Assembly: GCA_965205505.1 (NCBI GenBank)
Contig: CBDBHB010000009.1
Span: 1,696,001-1,760,000, forward strand
Direction: 5' to 3'
Source: Acidobacteriota bacterium
Lineage (GTDB): Bacteria > Acidobacteriota > UBA890 > WLXD01
DNA: 64,000 nt
In this document: positions 20,281 to 31,180 of the stretch, in pieces
Numbering within the stretch: position 1 is the stretch's first letter
How the letters are laid out: every line of letters begins with the position of its first letter
Notes under the pieces: generated by a model
What the model saw: the letters and a program-made list of their open reading frames with translations, nothing else
What the model was told of the DNA's origin: nothing
The model's database searches: none
Made by a program: the position numbers and the translations under genes

Positions 20281-23200
20281 GTGCGCAACGTTGCTACCCG
20301 CCTGCGCGGGTTGCTCGTCTCACAGTTCTTCGGTGCCCTCAACGACAATGCCTGGCGCGTAATCGTCACATTGCTGGCGATCGACGCGGTTCAAGGAAGT
20401 GGTGGCGCGGAGGCAGCTGCGCAGGCCCGAACCACGCTGACGACCGTCGTACTCACCGTGCCGCTGATCGTGTTCTCGTTGCCCGCCGGCCTGATCTCGG
20501 ACCGCTTTAGCAAGCGCACCGTGATCGTCGTCATGAAAGCGGTTGAGATTGTGCTCATGGCGGCGGCTGCGGGAGTCCTCTTCGTACAGCCGCAGGGCGG
20601 TGTGCCGGCGCTGGTGATCCTTGCCTGTATGGGCGCACAGAGCGCTATCTTCAGTCCGGCGAAGTACGGCATTTTGCCTGAGCTGCTGCCTCACTCGCGT
20701 CTGTCGTTGGGCAATGGGGTGCTCGAGATGTGGTCGACGTTGGCCATCATCGCCGGCACCGCCAGCGCCGGGGTGCTGCTGGGCGTGGCCCCTGTACCGT
20801 GGGTTGCCGGTGCGTTGCTGTGCGTGTTGTCGGTTGCCGGCTTCGTCGCGGCGTTGACCGTTCCCCCGGTGCCGGCAGCGCGCTCATCCGGAGGCTTGAT
20901 GACCAGCCTCCGCGAAGGTTGGAGCGCCATCCGAGCGGATCGCGTGCTCGGGCTCGCAGCACTCGGCTCTATCTTTTTCTGGCTGGTGGCGAGCGTTTTC
21001 TTCCAGGTCATTGTGGTCTACGTGAAGACGCATCTCGGTCTGGCGAACGCGTCCGCCAGTCTGGCGCTCGGCGTGCTCATGGCCGGGATCGCCGCTGGCA
21101 GCATCCTGGCCGGCAGGCTCTCGCGCCGCCGCGTGGAATACGGGCTGCTTCCGCTCGGAGCCATGGCGCTCGCTGTCTTCACTCTGTTGTTCGGGCTGTT
21201 GGTGCCAGGCTTCACTGGAACGCTCCTGTTGTTGCTGCCAATGGGGATAGCAGGCGGGCTCATCAACGTGCCTCTCAACGCCCTCAAGCAGTGGCGATCC
21301 CCGCCCCACCGGCGCGGGTCGGTGTTGGCGCTCACGAACTTGTTCGTCTATGTAGGGATTCTCGCCGGCTCTCTGGGCACCGGACTGCTGGCTGCGGCCG
21401 GGTTCTCGAGTCAGGCTATCCTGCTGCTCACTGGTGTGGGCGTCGTCGCCGCTACCGTGTGGGCGCTCTGGTTACTGCCTGATGCCCTCGTCCGGTTGTT
21501 GCTGGTGCTGAGCACCAACACCTTCTACCGCCTCGAATTGCTCGGCGCCGACCGCATCCCGGCCAAGGGTGGGGCACTGCTAGTGCCCAACCACGTGTCG
21601 TTCGTGGATGCCTTCCTGCTGCTCGCCAGCACCGACCGGCCGATCCGTTTCCTGGCCGACGTCACGTACTACAACCACCCGCTGTTGCATCCGTTCATGC
21701 GGTCACTCGGCGCCATCCCGATCGCTGCCTCCGGCGGGCCCAAGCTCATCTTGCAAGCGTTGCGTGCAGCAGGGAGGGCGATCGAGCGGGGCGAGCTCGT
21801 ATGCATCTTCCCCGAAGGCCAGATCACCCGCATCGGCATGATGCTGCCTTTCCGCCGTGGGTTCGAGCGAATCGTCAAGGGGCACGATGTACCCATTATT
21901 CCGTTGTTCCTCGATCGGATCTGGGGGAGCATCTTCAGTCGGTCCGGCGGCCGCTTCTTCACCAAGGTGCCGGCGCGGATTCCGTATCCGGTGACCATCA
22001 GCGTAGGGGAGCCGCTACCCGCCGACACGCCGATTCACGAGGTGCGTCGGGCGGTCCGGGAGCTCGGTACCGAGGCTTGGATGACACGTCTCAGCGATGC
22101 CGTTCCCTTGCACCATAGCTTCGTGCGCTGTTTCCGCTCCCGCCCCTGGAAGCTCGGCTTCGCGGATGCGACTCGACCGCATGTCAGCCGATTCAAGAGC
22201 TTGGTAGGCGCGATCGCGCTGGCGCGAGCGTTGCGCACGCATTGGGAGGGGCAGCGGGCCGTCGGCATTCTGCTGCCCTCTACGGTCGGCGGGGCGCTGG
22301 TCAACATTGCGGCTGCTTTGGCCGGCAAGGTTTCCGTCAACCTGAATTTTACCGCCGGGAAACAGGGCATGGAGTCGGCGGCGCGTCAGGCAGGGCTCAG
22401 CACTGTGGTCACCAACGGCCTCTTCGTGGCCAAAGCCGAGCTCGAGCTCCCCGCCGGCGTCACGCCGATCTGGATCGAGGAAGTAGCGGCGGAGATCGGC
22501 GCCGGCGATCGCATTCTTGCCATGTTGCTGGCGCTGCTGGCCCCGATCCGCCGCCTGGAGCGCGCCTGCGGCGCTGCGCGTGCGGTGCGAGCCGAGGATC
22601 CCGTGACCATCATCTTCAGTAGCGGCAGCACCGGTGAGCCCAAGGGCATACCGCTGACGCACTTCAACGTCGACTCCAACCTGCGTGGCTGTCTTCAGAT
22701 CATGCCCATCTCGTCGAGCGATCGGCTGGTCGGCATGCTGCCGTTCTTTCACTCCTTCGGCTTCATGGCGACACTGTGGATGGTTGCCAACATCGGAGTC
22801 CCGGTCATCTACCATCCGAGCCCGCTCGATGCCACGGCGATCGGTGACCTGGTGCGGCGCTACCGGGCGACGATCATGTTCGCTACGCCGACCTTCATCC
22901 AGCTTTATACGCGCCGTATCACACCCGGTCAGTTCGGTTCACTGCGCCTCGTCGTGGTCGGCGCCGAGAAGCTCCAATCGGCTACCGGCGATGCTTTCCG
23001 CGATCATTTCGGCTTCGACCCGCTCGAAGGATACGGGGTTACGGAGACCTCGCCCGTGATCGCGGTCAACGTGCCCGACTTCCGTGCGGCGGGTTTGTAT
23101 CAGCCAGGTTGGCGCCGCGGGACGGTCGGCCAGACAATTCCCGGCGTCTCGGTTCGCGTGGTTGACCCCGAGACCGATGAGATCTTGCCGCCAGAGGAGG

Positions 23201-23688
23201 AGGGGATGATCCTGGTACGTGGTCCCAGCGTCATGAATGGGTATCTCGACCGCCCTGACCTCACGGCAGAGGTGTTGCGCGACGGCTGGTACGTCACCGG
23301 CGACATAGGCAAGCTCGACGAGGACGGATTCCTGACGATCACGGATCGCTATTCGCGCTTCTCCAAGATCGGCGGCGAGATGGTGCCCCACGGGGTGGTC
23401 GAGGAGGCGCTCGAGCGCTGCTCCGGCGTCGACGACCGCGTCTTCGCCGTGACGGCGCTCGACGATGCGCGCCGGGGAGAGCGCCTCGCCGTGCTGCACA
23501 CGCTCGAGCCCGAGGACATTTCCGCCGTTCTCGATCGCCTGCGGGCGTCCGATCTGCCGAACCTGTTCCTGCCGCGTAAGGACAACTTCGTGCGCGTCGA
23601 TGAGATTCCGGTGCTGGGCTCGGGAAAGACCGATCTCAAGGCGGTCAAAGACATCGCGCACAATCAGCTGTCAGCCGACGCGCCCTGA
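20281..23688 (+). CDS. aas: MFS (LplT-like) / acyltransferase / acyl-ACP synthetase fusion
   Basis: QFFGALNDN MFS start, PNHVSFVD and FPEG acyltransferase motifs, FSSGSTGEPKG AMP-binding motif. Confidence 0.9.
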   Translation: MRNVATRLRGLLVSQFFGALNDNAWRVIVTLLAIDAVQGSGGAEAAAQARTTLTTVVLTVPLIVFSLPAGLISDRFSKRTVIVVMKAVEIVLMAAAAGVLFVQPQGGVPALVILACMGAQSAIFSPAKYGILPELLPHSRLSLGNGVLEMWSTLAIIAGTASAGVLLGVAPVPWVAGALLCVLSVAGFVAALTVPPVPAARSSGGLMTSLREGWSAIRADRVLGLAALGSIFFWLVASVFFQVIVVYVKTHLGLANASASLALGVLMAGIAAGSILAGRLSRRRVEYGLLPLGAMALAVFTLLFGLLVPGFTGTLLLLLPMGIAGGLINVPLNALKQWRSPPHRRGSVLALTNLFVYVGILAGSLGTGLLAAAGFSSQAILLLTGVGVVAATVWALWLLPDALVRLLLVLSTNTFYRLELLGADRIPAKGGALLVPNHVSFVDAFLLLASTDRPIRFLADVTYYNHPLLHPFMRSLGAIPIAASGGPKLILQALRAAGRAIERGELVCIFPEGQITRIGMMLPFRRGFERIVKGHDVPIIPLFLDRIWGSIFSRSGGRFFTKVPARIPYPVTISVGEPLPADTPIHEVRRAVRELGTEAWMTRLSDAVPLHHSFVRCFRSRPWKLGFADATRPHVSRFKSLVGAIALARALRTHWEGQRAVGILLPSTVGGALVNIAAALAGKVSVNLNFTAGKQGMESAARQAGLSTVVTNGLFVAKAELELPAGVTPIWIEEVAAEIGAGDRILAMLLALLAPIRRLERACGAARAVRAEDPVTIIFSSGSTGEPKGIPLTHFNVDSNLRGCLQIMPISSSDRLVGMLPFFHSFGFMATLWMVANIGVPVIYHPSPLDATAIGDLVRRYRATIMFATPTFIQLYTRRITPGQFGSLRLVVVGAEKLQSATGDAFRDHFGFDPLEGYGVTETSPVIAVNVPDFRAAGLYQPGWRRGTVGQTIPGVSVRVVDPETDEILPPEEEGMILVRGPSVMNGYLDRPDLTAEVLRDGWYVTGDIGKLDEDGFLTITDRYSRFSKIGGEMVPHGVVEEALERCSGVDDRVFAVTALDDARRGERLAVLHTLEPEDISAVLDRLRASDLPNLFLPRKDNFVRVDEIPVLGSGKTDLKAVKDIAHNQLSADAP

Positions 23689-23935
23689 CGGCGCCGACCG
23701 CTCGCTCGTGATGGACACACGTTCGAGCCCGACGCACGAGCACCCAGGAGAACCCCACGGTGCCGGCCTCGAGCTCCGGTGCGACGCGATCTCTCGAGGA
23801 TGGTGGCCCCGCGGGATTCTCCTGGGTGCCCGGTTCCCAACTTGCAGGGTTCGTGGATGGTGGCGCCTGCCGCCCGGAGCGTTCACCCCGTTGCCTCCGG
23901 GCGGCAGATCGCCGTCCCCCACCTGCCAGACCTGG

Positions 23936-24707
23936 CTAAGACTCGATCACCGGTACTTCGGCGAGCGGTATCTCCGCCGCTGCCGGATCGACCGGCGCAG
24001 CGAGGTCCCACTCGTTGCCAGTGGTCTCGATGACCAGCGGACGCGGCGGTTCGTCATGCCGTTCTCACCGGGACCGCAGGCGCCCGGGTTGACCTGTCGG
24101 TCCTCGGCCTCCCCGTAGCTGACCGTGCGCACTCGGTCTCCTCTCAAGCTCCCGCGCTCGACCAGGAAAGTGCGAACGGCGTCGGCTCGCGCCTTGCCGA
24201 GTACCAGGTTGTAGGCCACCGGCCCGGCCGAGTCCGTGAATCCCTCGACGGTGATCAGGCTGTCCGGGTAGTGCTCTGTCATGACCGCTGCCAGTCGCTC
24301 CAGCACCGGTAGATCGCCCTCGCGAAGCTCGGCGGAGTCGTATAATCGAAATGCACCGGCACGTTGAACGCGAGCGCGTTCTCGAGGCGCTCCACGGAGG
24401 CGCTGAAGCCCACCGCCAGGGCGCGCAGGTCGGACTCGAGTTGTTCCGTTCGGGCGAGGGCCTCGGATGCACGCCTGTCGAGATCGGTGACGCGTCCGTC
24501 GATTCGGTTCAAATCGCCACCCAGCCCGTCGACGCGGTGGCCGAGCGCCGCATCGCCGGCCGCAGACTCGTCGCGCATGTCCTGCTCGAGGCGCGCCATC
24601 TCTGCTTGGAACTCCTGGCGTTTGACGTGGGCGCAGGCCGTCGATGCCAATAGCAGCACGATGCCCGTTAGGGCGATCGCGCCGGTTCGCGTGGTGCAGA
24701 CCGACAT
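23936..24707 (-). pseudogene. OmpA/Pal-family lipoprotein with coiled coil, two frameshifts (~24341, ~24040)
   Basis: Lipobox STAC and RBS AAGGAG; VHFDY continues as DSAEL in another frame; VEGFTD, YNLVLGKARA, SYGE, NRRV. Confidence 0.8.
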
Positions 24708-24819
24708 GGCGTTTCTCCTTGCTGTGGACGGTCGAGTCGGGGACCCGTGTGGTGGCCGGGTTGTTCCGGCCGTGCAGTTCCCGGATCGAGTGATTACGAC
24801 GGCAACTGCCTTTGTTGAA

Positions 24820-24835
24820 AGCAAGGCCCATGCCA
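24820..24835 (-). promoter_or_regulatory. sigma54 -24/-12 promoter for the OmpA gene
   Basis: TGGCATGGGCCTTGCT matches TGGCAY-N5-TTGCW. Confidence 0.75.
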
Positions 24836-24972
24836 CCCGGTGGCGGAGTGTCTGCTGGCGGTGTGGGCTCGGACCGACCCGCCACGACAGGGCTTCCGGA
24901 TCGAGTACCGCGCCGACGGCTTGGCGGAATCGCTACCCGAACCCACTAGAGGCACTATTTACAGCCGAAGTG

Positions 24973-24985
24973 TGTAAGATTTACA
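24973..24985. promoter_or_regulatory. Putative enhancer (UAS) palindrome
   Basis: TGTAA-GAT-TTACA about 140 bp upstream of the sigma54 promoter. Confidence 0.55.
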
Positions 24986-25038
24986 GGTAAGATGAACTGC
25001 TTTCGCGGCCCCGTGTTTGTTCTGCTACCGGGTCTGCT

Positions 25039-26412
25039 TTGTCCCGTCGGGAGCCGATGTTGCCCACCGCCCTTGTCGTAGAAGATGACGCCGATTCGCT
25101 TGACATCCTCATCGAGTTGGTGCGTCACGAAGGGTTTCGCGTCGAGGGCGCAGCAACGCTTGCCGAGGCGCGACTCGCCATCGAGCGCGAGCCCGCCGAC
25201 CTGCTACTGCTCGACATGCGGCTGCCTGATGGCAAAGGCAGCGACCTCCTGGCCTCGGACGGAGGCGTCGGCGGTGATGTGATCGTGGTGACCGGGCACG
25301 CTTCGGCGGAATCTGCCCTTGCCGCCCTACAGTCGGGTGCCGTGGACTATCTGGTGAAGCCGATCGACATTCAACGATTGCGCACGGTCTTGCGACATGT
25401 GCACCGCCAGATCGAGCTGCGCCGGGAGGTCGGAACGCTGCGCGGCACCTTGCGCTCGCTGGGACATTTCGGCGAGATGGTCGGTATCTCTGCCTCGATG
25501 CAGCGTGTCTACAGCCTGATCGGCAGGGTCGCTCCTACCGATGCGAGCGTTCTCATCACTGGCCAGACTGGAACCGGCAAGGAGCTTGCTGCCCGCACGA
25601 TCCACGCTTTTAGCCGTCGTCGCAGCGGGCCCTTCCTGGCCCTCAACTGCGGGGCGGTTCCGGCGAACCTGATCGAAAGCGAGTTGTTCGGCCACGAGCG
25701 TGGGGCGTTCAGCGGTGCAACCCGCCGCCACATCGGCTACTTCGAACGCGCTCAGAGCGGCACCTTGCTTCTCGACGAGATCACCGAGACTCCGGCCGAT
25801 CTCCAGGTCAAGCTTCTGCGGGCGTTGGAGTCCGGCACGATCACGCGTGTCGGCGGTGAGTCTGAAGTGCGGCTCGACATCCGCACGCTCGCCGCCACCG
25901 ACCGTACGCTGTCAAGCGCCGTCCGCGACAACAAGCTGCGCGAGGATCTGTTGTACCGGTTGCGGGTGTTTCAGGTCGACATGCCACCGTTGAGTGAGCG
26001 GGACGGCGACATCGAGCTCCTGTCGCGCCACTTCCTGCACGAGCTCGGGGTCAGCGAGGGCGTCCACAAGAACCTTACTGCTGCGGCGGTCCGCCGGCTC
26101 GCAGAACATGATTGGCCTGGCAACGTACGTGAGCTCAAGAACGTTCTCTACAGCGCCTTCATGCTGGCGGGGGACGTAATCGAGGTCGACTGTTTGCCAG
26201 CGGATCTGCGCCAGGTTGCCGCCGATCCTCCGTCCACGCAGGAGACACTGGGGATCCACGTAGGAATGTCGGTCGCGACGGTCGAGAAGCGGTTGATCCA
26301 GGCGACGCTCGCCGCGGTAGGCGAAAACCGCCAGGAAGCCGCCGACTTGCTGGGAGTGAGCGTGAAGACGCTTTACAATCGCCTCCGCGACTACCGTTCT
26401 GACGACGGCTGA
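25039..26412 (+). CDS. sigma54-dependent response regulator (NtrC family)
   Basis: REC domain, GQTGTGKE, ESELFGHERGAFSGA, WPGNVREL, Fis-type HTH. Confidence 0.95.
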   Translation: MSRREPMLPTALVVEDDADSLDILIELVRHEGFRVEGAATLAEARLAIEREPADLLLLDMRLPDGKGSDLLASDGGVGGDVIVVTGHASAESALAALQSGAVDYLVKPIDIQRLRTVLRHVHRQIELRREVGTLRGTLRSLGHFGEMVGISASMQRVYSLIGRVAPTDASVLITGQTGTGKELAARTIHAFSRRRSGPFLALNCGAVPANLIESELFGHERGAFSGATRRHIGYFERAQSGTLLLDEITETPADLQVKLLRALESGTITRVGGESEVRLDIRTLAATDRTLSSAVRDNKLREDLLYRLRVFQVDMPPLSERDGDIELLSRHFLHELGVSEGVHKNLTAAAVRRLAEHDWPGNVRELKNVLYSAFMLAGDVIEVDCLPADLRQVAADPPSTQETLGIHVGMSVATVEKRLIQATLAAVGENRQEAADLLGVSVKTLYNRLRDYRSDDG

Positions 26413-28019
26413 GCGGTGGTCACTGGCTCGAGCGGCCAGGTGAAAACGAAGGTGGCGCCTGGGCCGGGCGGAGACTGCACCCAGATCCGCCCCCCGTGGC
26501 TCTCCACCACCCGCCGGCAGATCGCCAGCCCGATACCGCTGCCGACGCTCCCGCCGGCGCTTGTGAAGAGGCCGAAGATCTGCCCGGCCTGCTCGGCGCT
26601 GACGCCAGGCCCGTTGTCGCGCACCCGGAACAGCCAGTGCGAGGACTGCCGCTCGCCAGCGACCGTGATGCGTGGCTCGGCCTCACCTCGGTGCCGGATG
26701 GCGTTGCCGATGAGGTTCTGGAACAGCAGCGTCAGGTGGTCCCGATTGCCTTGAATATGCGGCATGGGTCCTACCTCGACCTGAGCCCCGCTGTCGCGGA
26801 TCGTGGCCTCCAGGTTGGCCAGCGCCGTACGAACGACCTCGCTCGTGTCGACGTTCTCCAGCTCATCGGAGCCGCCCACCTTGGCGTAGCGCAGCAGCCC
26901 CTCGAGCATCGCGGCCATTCGCGCTGAGGCGCGGCGTGCCGGTTTGAGGTGACGCTCGGGGAGTCCCTCGAGGTTCTGCTCGGACAGCAACTGCAAGTGC
27001 ATGTCCACCACGTTGAGCGGCTCACGCAGATCGTGCGAGATGACGTGGGCGAAACGCACCAGGTCGGCGTTGGAGCGTTCCAATGCTCGAGCCCTCTGCT
27101 CGAGTGCCTCCTCGGCGCGCAGCCGAGCATCCGCCTCGCGCTCGACCTCCGCGATCATCTCGGCCTGCTTGGTACGGAGTCCCTCGGCCTGCCCTAGACG
27201 CACCGCGGACCCCAGCAGCATAGCGAAGGCCAGGCCGCCGATGAGCACAGTGGTGGGCAACGCCGAACGTAGGCTGGCAAGCGTCGGGGGCGTGGGCCAG
27301 ACGTCGATCGCCAGTTGAACCCCCTGGAATTCCACGTCGCGACGGCGGACCCACTCCGACATCGACCCGTTCGGATCCCCGTCGCGCACGAAGAAGCGAT
27401 TATCGGCGCTACCGATCGCCAAGGCGTAGTCGTTGCCGAGCCCGGCGGTGGCCGCCTGGGCAAAGGCCGAGGCATCGTAGACGCAGATCATCGCCCCGGC
27501 CGCGCCGGTCTCGAGGACTACAGGCACCCGCACCGGTACCACCGGGTCGCCGCTCGGCCCCTCGGTGACCGCCATCATGCGTACCGCCGACAATCGGCTC
27601 CCCGGTCGCCACGAGGCCGCGTGCTTGATAACCCAACCCTCGACGAGGGGCGTGCTCTCGGCTCCGTCGGCGTTGATCGACCACAACAGCTCTGCTCGGG
27701 GTGAAAGCCACAGAACTCGGTCGACGGCCGGCGTCCGAAGCAGCACGGCACTCTCGACCTGTGCCATCGTCTCGCTCAGACGCGTCAGGCCAATCCAGCG
27801 CACGGTTGTGCGATCGAGTCCATCGCGGGTGTCCTCTAGCCGGGTTCTCACGTGGGCCGCCACACTGTCGGCCTCCGCGTCGATGAGCCTGAAGACACGC
27901 TCGCGCTCGCCATCAAGCGCCGATTGCCACGCTACAACGGTGAGCGCAGCAAGCCCGGCCACCACCAGGACGGGCAGCCACGGCCAACGTCTCCCGCCGC
28001 CACGATATGCAACGATCAT
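26391..28019 (-). CDS. Membrane sensor histidine kinase
   Basis: Two TMs, SHDLREPL H-box, QNLIGNA, DNGPG, GSGIGL. Confidence 0.92.
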   Translation of the reverse strand: MIVAYRGGGRRWPWLPVLVVAGLAALTVVAWQSALDGERERVFRLIDAEADSVAAHVRTRLEDTRDGLDRTTVRWIGLTRLSETMAQVESAVLLRTPAVDRVLWLSPRAELLWSINADGAESTPLVEGWVIKHAASWRPGSRLSAVRMMAVTEGPSGDPVVPVRVPVVLETGAAGAMICVYDASAFAQAATAGLGNDYALAIGSADNRFFVRDGDPNGSMSEWVRRRDVEFQGVQLAIDVWPTPPTLASLRSALPTTVLIGGLAFAMLLGSAVRLGQAEGLRTKQAEMIAEVEREADARLRAEEALEQRARALERSNADLVRFAHVISHDLREPLNVVDMHLQLLSEQNLEGLPERHLKPARRASARMAAMLEGLLRYAKVGGSDELENVDTSEVVRTALANLEATIRDSGAQVEVGPMPHIQGNRDHLTLLFQNLIGNAIRHRGEAEPRITVAGERQSSHWLFRVRDNGPGVSAEQAGQIFGLFTSAGGSVGSGIGLAICRRVVESHGGRIWVQSPPGPGATFVFTWPLEPVTTAQPSSER

Positions 28020-28036
28020 CTGTTACAGGCCACTAG
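28014..28036. repeat. Half copy of the CTAGTGGCCTGTAACAGAT palindromic repeat
   Basis: GATCATCTGTTACAGGCCACTAG shares an identical 17-bp arm with the 39558-39592 palindrome. Confidence 0.75.
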
Positions 28037-28845
28037 TGCCCGCGGCGCATTATCGCCACGCGGATTGCCCAGCCGAGGAGCACCCACGCGCCGAGCATGG
28101 CCCAGGCGTGGCGGTGTGCGTAGCTGAGGGTGGGGAAGTGGTTGCTCAGCATGATCAGCAACAGCGGCAGCACCATGAAGGTGTTGTGTCGCGAGCGCTG
28201 CTTTGCGCCGAAGCTCCATGAAGGGTCGAGATGCTCGCCGGAGGCCACCGAGATCACCATGCGCCGTTGCGGCGGCAGGATCCGCATCCACACGTTGCCG
28301 GTCATCAGGCCACCGAGCATCGCCCCCACATGAAACCAGGCCGCACGGGTGCTAAGCGCCTGCATCAAGGACCAGGTCAGGCCCATCAGCAGTAGCAGCG
28401 AGATTGCTGCGGCGAGTGGCTCCCGGCGTCCCAGCGGGGAGCTCCACAGGACATCGTAGATCAACCATCCCGCAACCAGCGAGCCGAGGCTCATGGCGAC
28501 TAGCGTGGGCGTCCCGATGCTCGAGCCCGGGGCTCGCAACAAGCCCCCGAAGGTGTACATCAGTAGCAGCAGTCCGAAGCCGCTGGCCCAGGTCAGCAAT
28601 GACTCCCAGCGGGTCCAGTGCAGCGGATCGGGCAGATGCGTGGGTCGCACGATCTTCTCGATCCGATAAAATCCGCCGCTATGGACCATCCACACCGGCT
28701 CGTTGTCCGGATCTCCACCAGAGGTTGGGCGAAACTGCGCGTCGAGCCAGGTGAAGAGGAACGTCTGACCGACCCAGAGTATGGCAGTGAGCACGTGCGT
28801 CCAGCGCAAGGTCAGGTTCAACGCCTCGTAAAGCGTCGCGTTCAT
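28033..28845 (-). CDS. puuD: Urate hydroxylase PuuD membrane domain
   Basis: RWTHV, WMVHSGGFY, LHWTRWE, NVW..I.P.Q, RSRHN, SNHFP; no cytochrome c domain. Confidence 0.85.
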   Translation of the reverse strand: MNATLYEALNLTLRWTHVLTAILWVGQTFLFTWLDAQFRPTSGGDPDNEPVWMVHSGGFYRIEKIVRPTHLPDPLHWTRWESLLTWASGFGLLLLMYTFGGLLRAPGSSIGTPTLVAMSLGSLVAGWLIYDVLWSSPLGRREPLAAAISLLLLMGLTWSLMQALSTRAAWFHVGAMLGGLMTGNVWMRILPPQRRMVISVASGEHLDPSWSFGAKQRSRHNTFMVLPLLLIMLSNHFPTLSYAHRHAWAMLGAWVLLGWAIRVAIMRRGH

Positions 28846-28964
28846 GCGTGCCTCTCCGATCGAAAACCGCCGTCGCCTTCTGACCTTAGCAGTCGTCGAC
28901 GCCGTTCGGAGCCCGGCGGAGCGTCGGTCGTGTGCCAGGCGAGCGCGGCGCGGAGGCCGCTACG

Positions 28965-31160
28965 ATGAAGCGCATCGAGGGGCTCGCCAAGCTTACCGGT
29001 GCCGAGCGCTACGTTGACGATCTGACCATTCCGGGATGCTTGTGGGGCATGACCGTGCGGAGCCCGGCACCGCGCGGACGGGTGCGCGAGGTGCGCTTCG
29101 GCGCCGCGGTCGATTGGTCGGAGTTCACCATCGTCGACCATACCGACATCCCGGGCGAGAACGTGATCAAGCTGTTGGAGACCGACCAGCCGGTCCTCGC
29201 CGGGAGTGTGGTGCGCCACGTCCACGAGCCGGTGCTGTTGTTGGCGCACGAGTCGCGAGAGATGTGCCGCCGTGGAGTGGCTGCCGTCGAGATCGTAGTC
29301 GAACCCGAGGATCCGATCTTCGATTTCAGGATGTCGCCGTCCCGGGATCAGATTCAGCACGGCAGCGACAACGTGCTCAAGCAACTCAGCATCGCAAAGG
29401 GCGACGTGGAAGCGGCGCTCGCGGCGGCGACGTACGTCGTGCAGGGCGTGTACGAGACCGGTGCCCAAGAGCATGTGTACCTCGAGACTCAGGGTATGGT
29501 CGCCTGGGTCGAGGACAACGGCGCGGTGGCGGTCAAGGGCAGCATGCAGTGCCCCTACTACATCCATGCCGCCCTCACGCATGCGCTCGGACGCGACGAT
29601 GCTGGGGTCCGCATCATCCATGCCCCGACTGGCGGCGGTTTCGGTGGCAAGGAGGAGTACCCGTCGACAATTGCCGCGCATGCCGCGTTGCTGGCGCTCA
29701 AGGCCGGCCGGCCGGTGAAAATAGTTTATGACCGCGGCGAGGACATGGCCGCCACGACGAAGCGCCATCCGGCCCAGGTACGCCACCGCACCGGGCTCGA
29801 TGCCGAGGGCCGGCTAGTGGCGCAGGACATCGAGGTCGATCTCGACGGCGGCGCCTACGTGACCTTGTCACCCGTGGTCCTGAGCCGCGCCATCATCCAC
29901 GCTGCCGGTCCGTACTCCTGCGACAACGTCCGCATCGTCGGTCGGGCCATGCTCACGAACACCGTACCCTATGGAGCGTTTCGCGGTTTCGGGGCCCCAC
30001 AGTCGCAATTCGCCAACGAGCGCCATATGGACGTGGTTGCGACGCGGATCGGGATGGACCCTGCCGAGCTCAGGCGTATCAACCTGCTGCGCGACGGAGA
30101 AACCACGTCGACGGGCCAGGTGATCAGCGACGGGGCGGATCGCATCGACGTGCTCGACGCAGCACTGCGCCACGCCGAGTACGCCAAGCGCCAGGAGCAG
30201 CACGTCGCGTTCAACGCCGAGCACCCGTACCTGCGCCGCGGCGTTGGGCTCGCGAGCTTCTATCACGGCTGTGGTTTCACCGGTGCCGGCGAGGTGTACC
30301 TGAAGTCTCGTGTTGGCTTGGCCACGCGGCCCGACGGCAGTGTGACAGTGCTGGCAGCGTCCACCGAGATGGGGCAGGGCACCGCAACCGTGTTCACACA
30401 GATTGCCGCCGAACGGCTCGGCTACGCCGACGGTGACGTGTCGATCGCCGAGCCCGACACCGCAAAGGTGCCCGACAGTGGTCCGACCGTGGCCTCGCGC
30501 ACCGTAATGGTTGTCGGGCACCTGCTAGAACGCGCCTGCGACGAACTCAGGGTTCGTCTCGGGGTCTTGTCCGACACCGTGGGAGACCAGCTCAAGGCGA
30601 CGATCCGTCAGTGGTATGCAGACCATCCCGGAGGATCGCTCCGTGTCGAGGCCGAATACCGCAAGCCTGAATGGGTGGAGTGGGACGATGAGGCCTACCG
30701 CGGCGACGCCTATGCGGCCTTCTCGTGGGCCACCTACATCGCCGAGGTCGAGGTCGACCTGCGCACCTGCAACACTCGTGTGACCGACTTCGTCGCCGTG
30801 CAGGAAGTTGGCCGGGTAATGAACGAGACGCTGGCGCGGGGCCAGGTCCAGGGCGGTGTGGTGCAGGGGATCGGATGGGCGCTGATGGAGGACTGCAAGC
30901 TGGAGGGTGGCGCCATGCGCAACAATCAGCTCACCAACTACATCATTCCCACCAGCGTCGACGTGCCGCCGGTGCGTGTCTTCTTCTTGCAGAAGGCCGG
31001 TGCACCCGGTCCGGGCGGTGCCAAAGGCATCGGGGAGATGCCCATCGACGGGCCAGCTCCGGCCGTGATCAATGCCGTCGCCGCTGCCCTGGGGCGGCAG
31101 CCCACGTCGATCCCGCTCACCCCGGAACGTCTGTTCGACATGCTCGAGGACGCGTCGTGA
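28965..31160 (+). CDS. Xanthine dehydrogenase family molybdopterin subunit
   Basis: QEHVYLE, GGGFGGKE, AFRGFGAPQ, EMGQG, AKGIGE. Confidence 0.92.
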   Translation: MKRIEGLAKLTGAERYVDDLTIPGCLWGMTVRSPAPRGRVREVRFGAAVDWSEFTIVDHTDIPGENVIKLLETDQPVLAGSVVRHVHEPVLLLAHESREMCRRGVAAVEIVVEPEDPIFDFRMSPSRDQIQHGSDNVLKQLSIAKGDVEAALAAATYVVQGVYETGAQEHVYLETQGMVAWVEDNGAVAVKGSMQCPYYIHAALTHALGRDDAGVRIIHAPTGGGFGGKEEYPSTIAAHAALLALKAGRPVKIVYDRGEDMAATTKRHPAQVRHRTGLDAEGRLVAQDIEVDLDGGAYVTLSPVVLSRAIIHAAGPYSCDNVRIVGRAMLTNTVPYGAFRGFGAPQSQFANERHMDVVATRIGMDPAELRRINLLRDGETTSTGQVISDGADRIDVLDAALRHAEYAKRQEQHVAFNAEHPYLRRGVGLASFYHGCGFTGAGEVYLKSRVGLATRPDGSVTVLAASTEMGQGTATVFTQIAAERLGYADGDVSIAEPDTAKVPDSGPTVASRTVMVVGHLLERACDELRVRLGVLSDTVGDQLKATIRQWYADHPGGSLRVEAEYRKPEWVEWDDEAYRGDAYAAFSWATYIAEVEVDLRTCNTRVTDFVAVQEVGRVMNETLARGQVQGGVVQGIGWALMEDCKLEGGAMRNNQLTNYIIPTSVDVPPVRVFFLQKAGAPGPGGAKGIGEMPIDGPAPAVINAVAAALGRQPTSIPLTPERLFDMLEDAS

Positions 31161-31180
31161 CGCGGCGAGGCATCGGTTCG

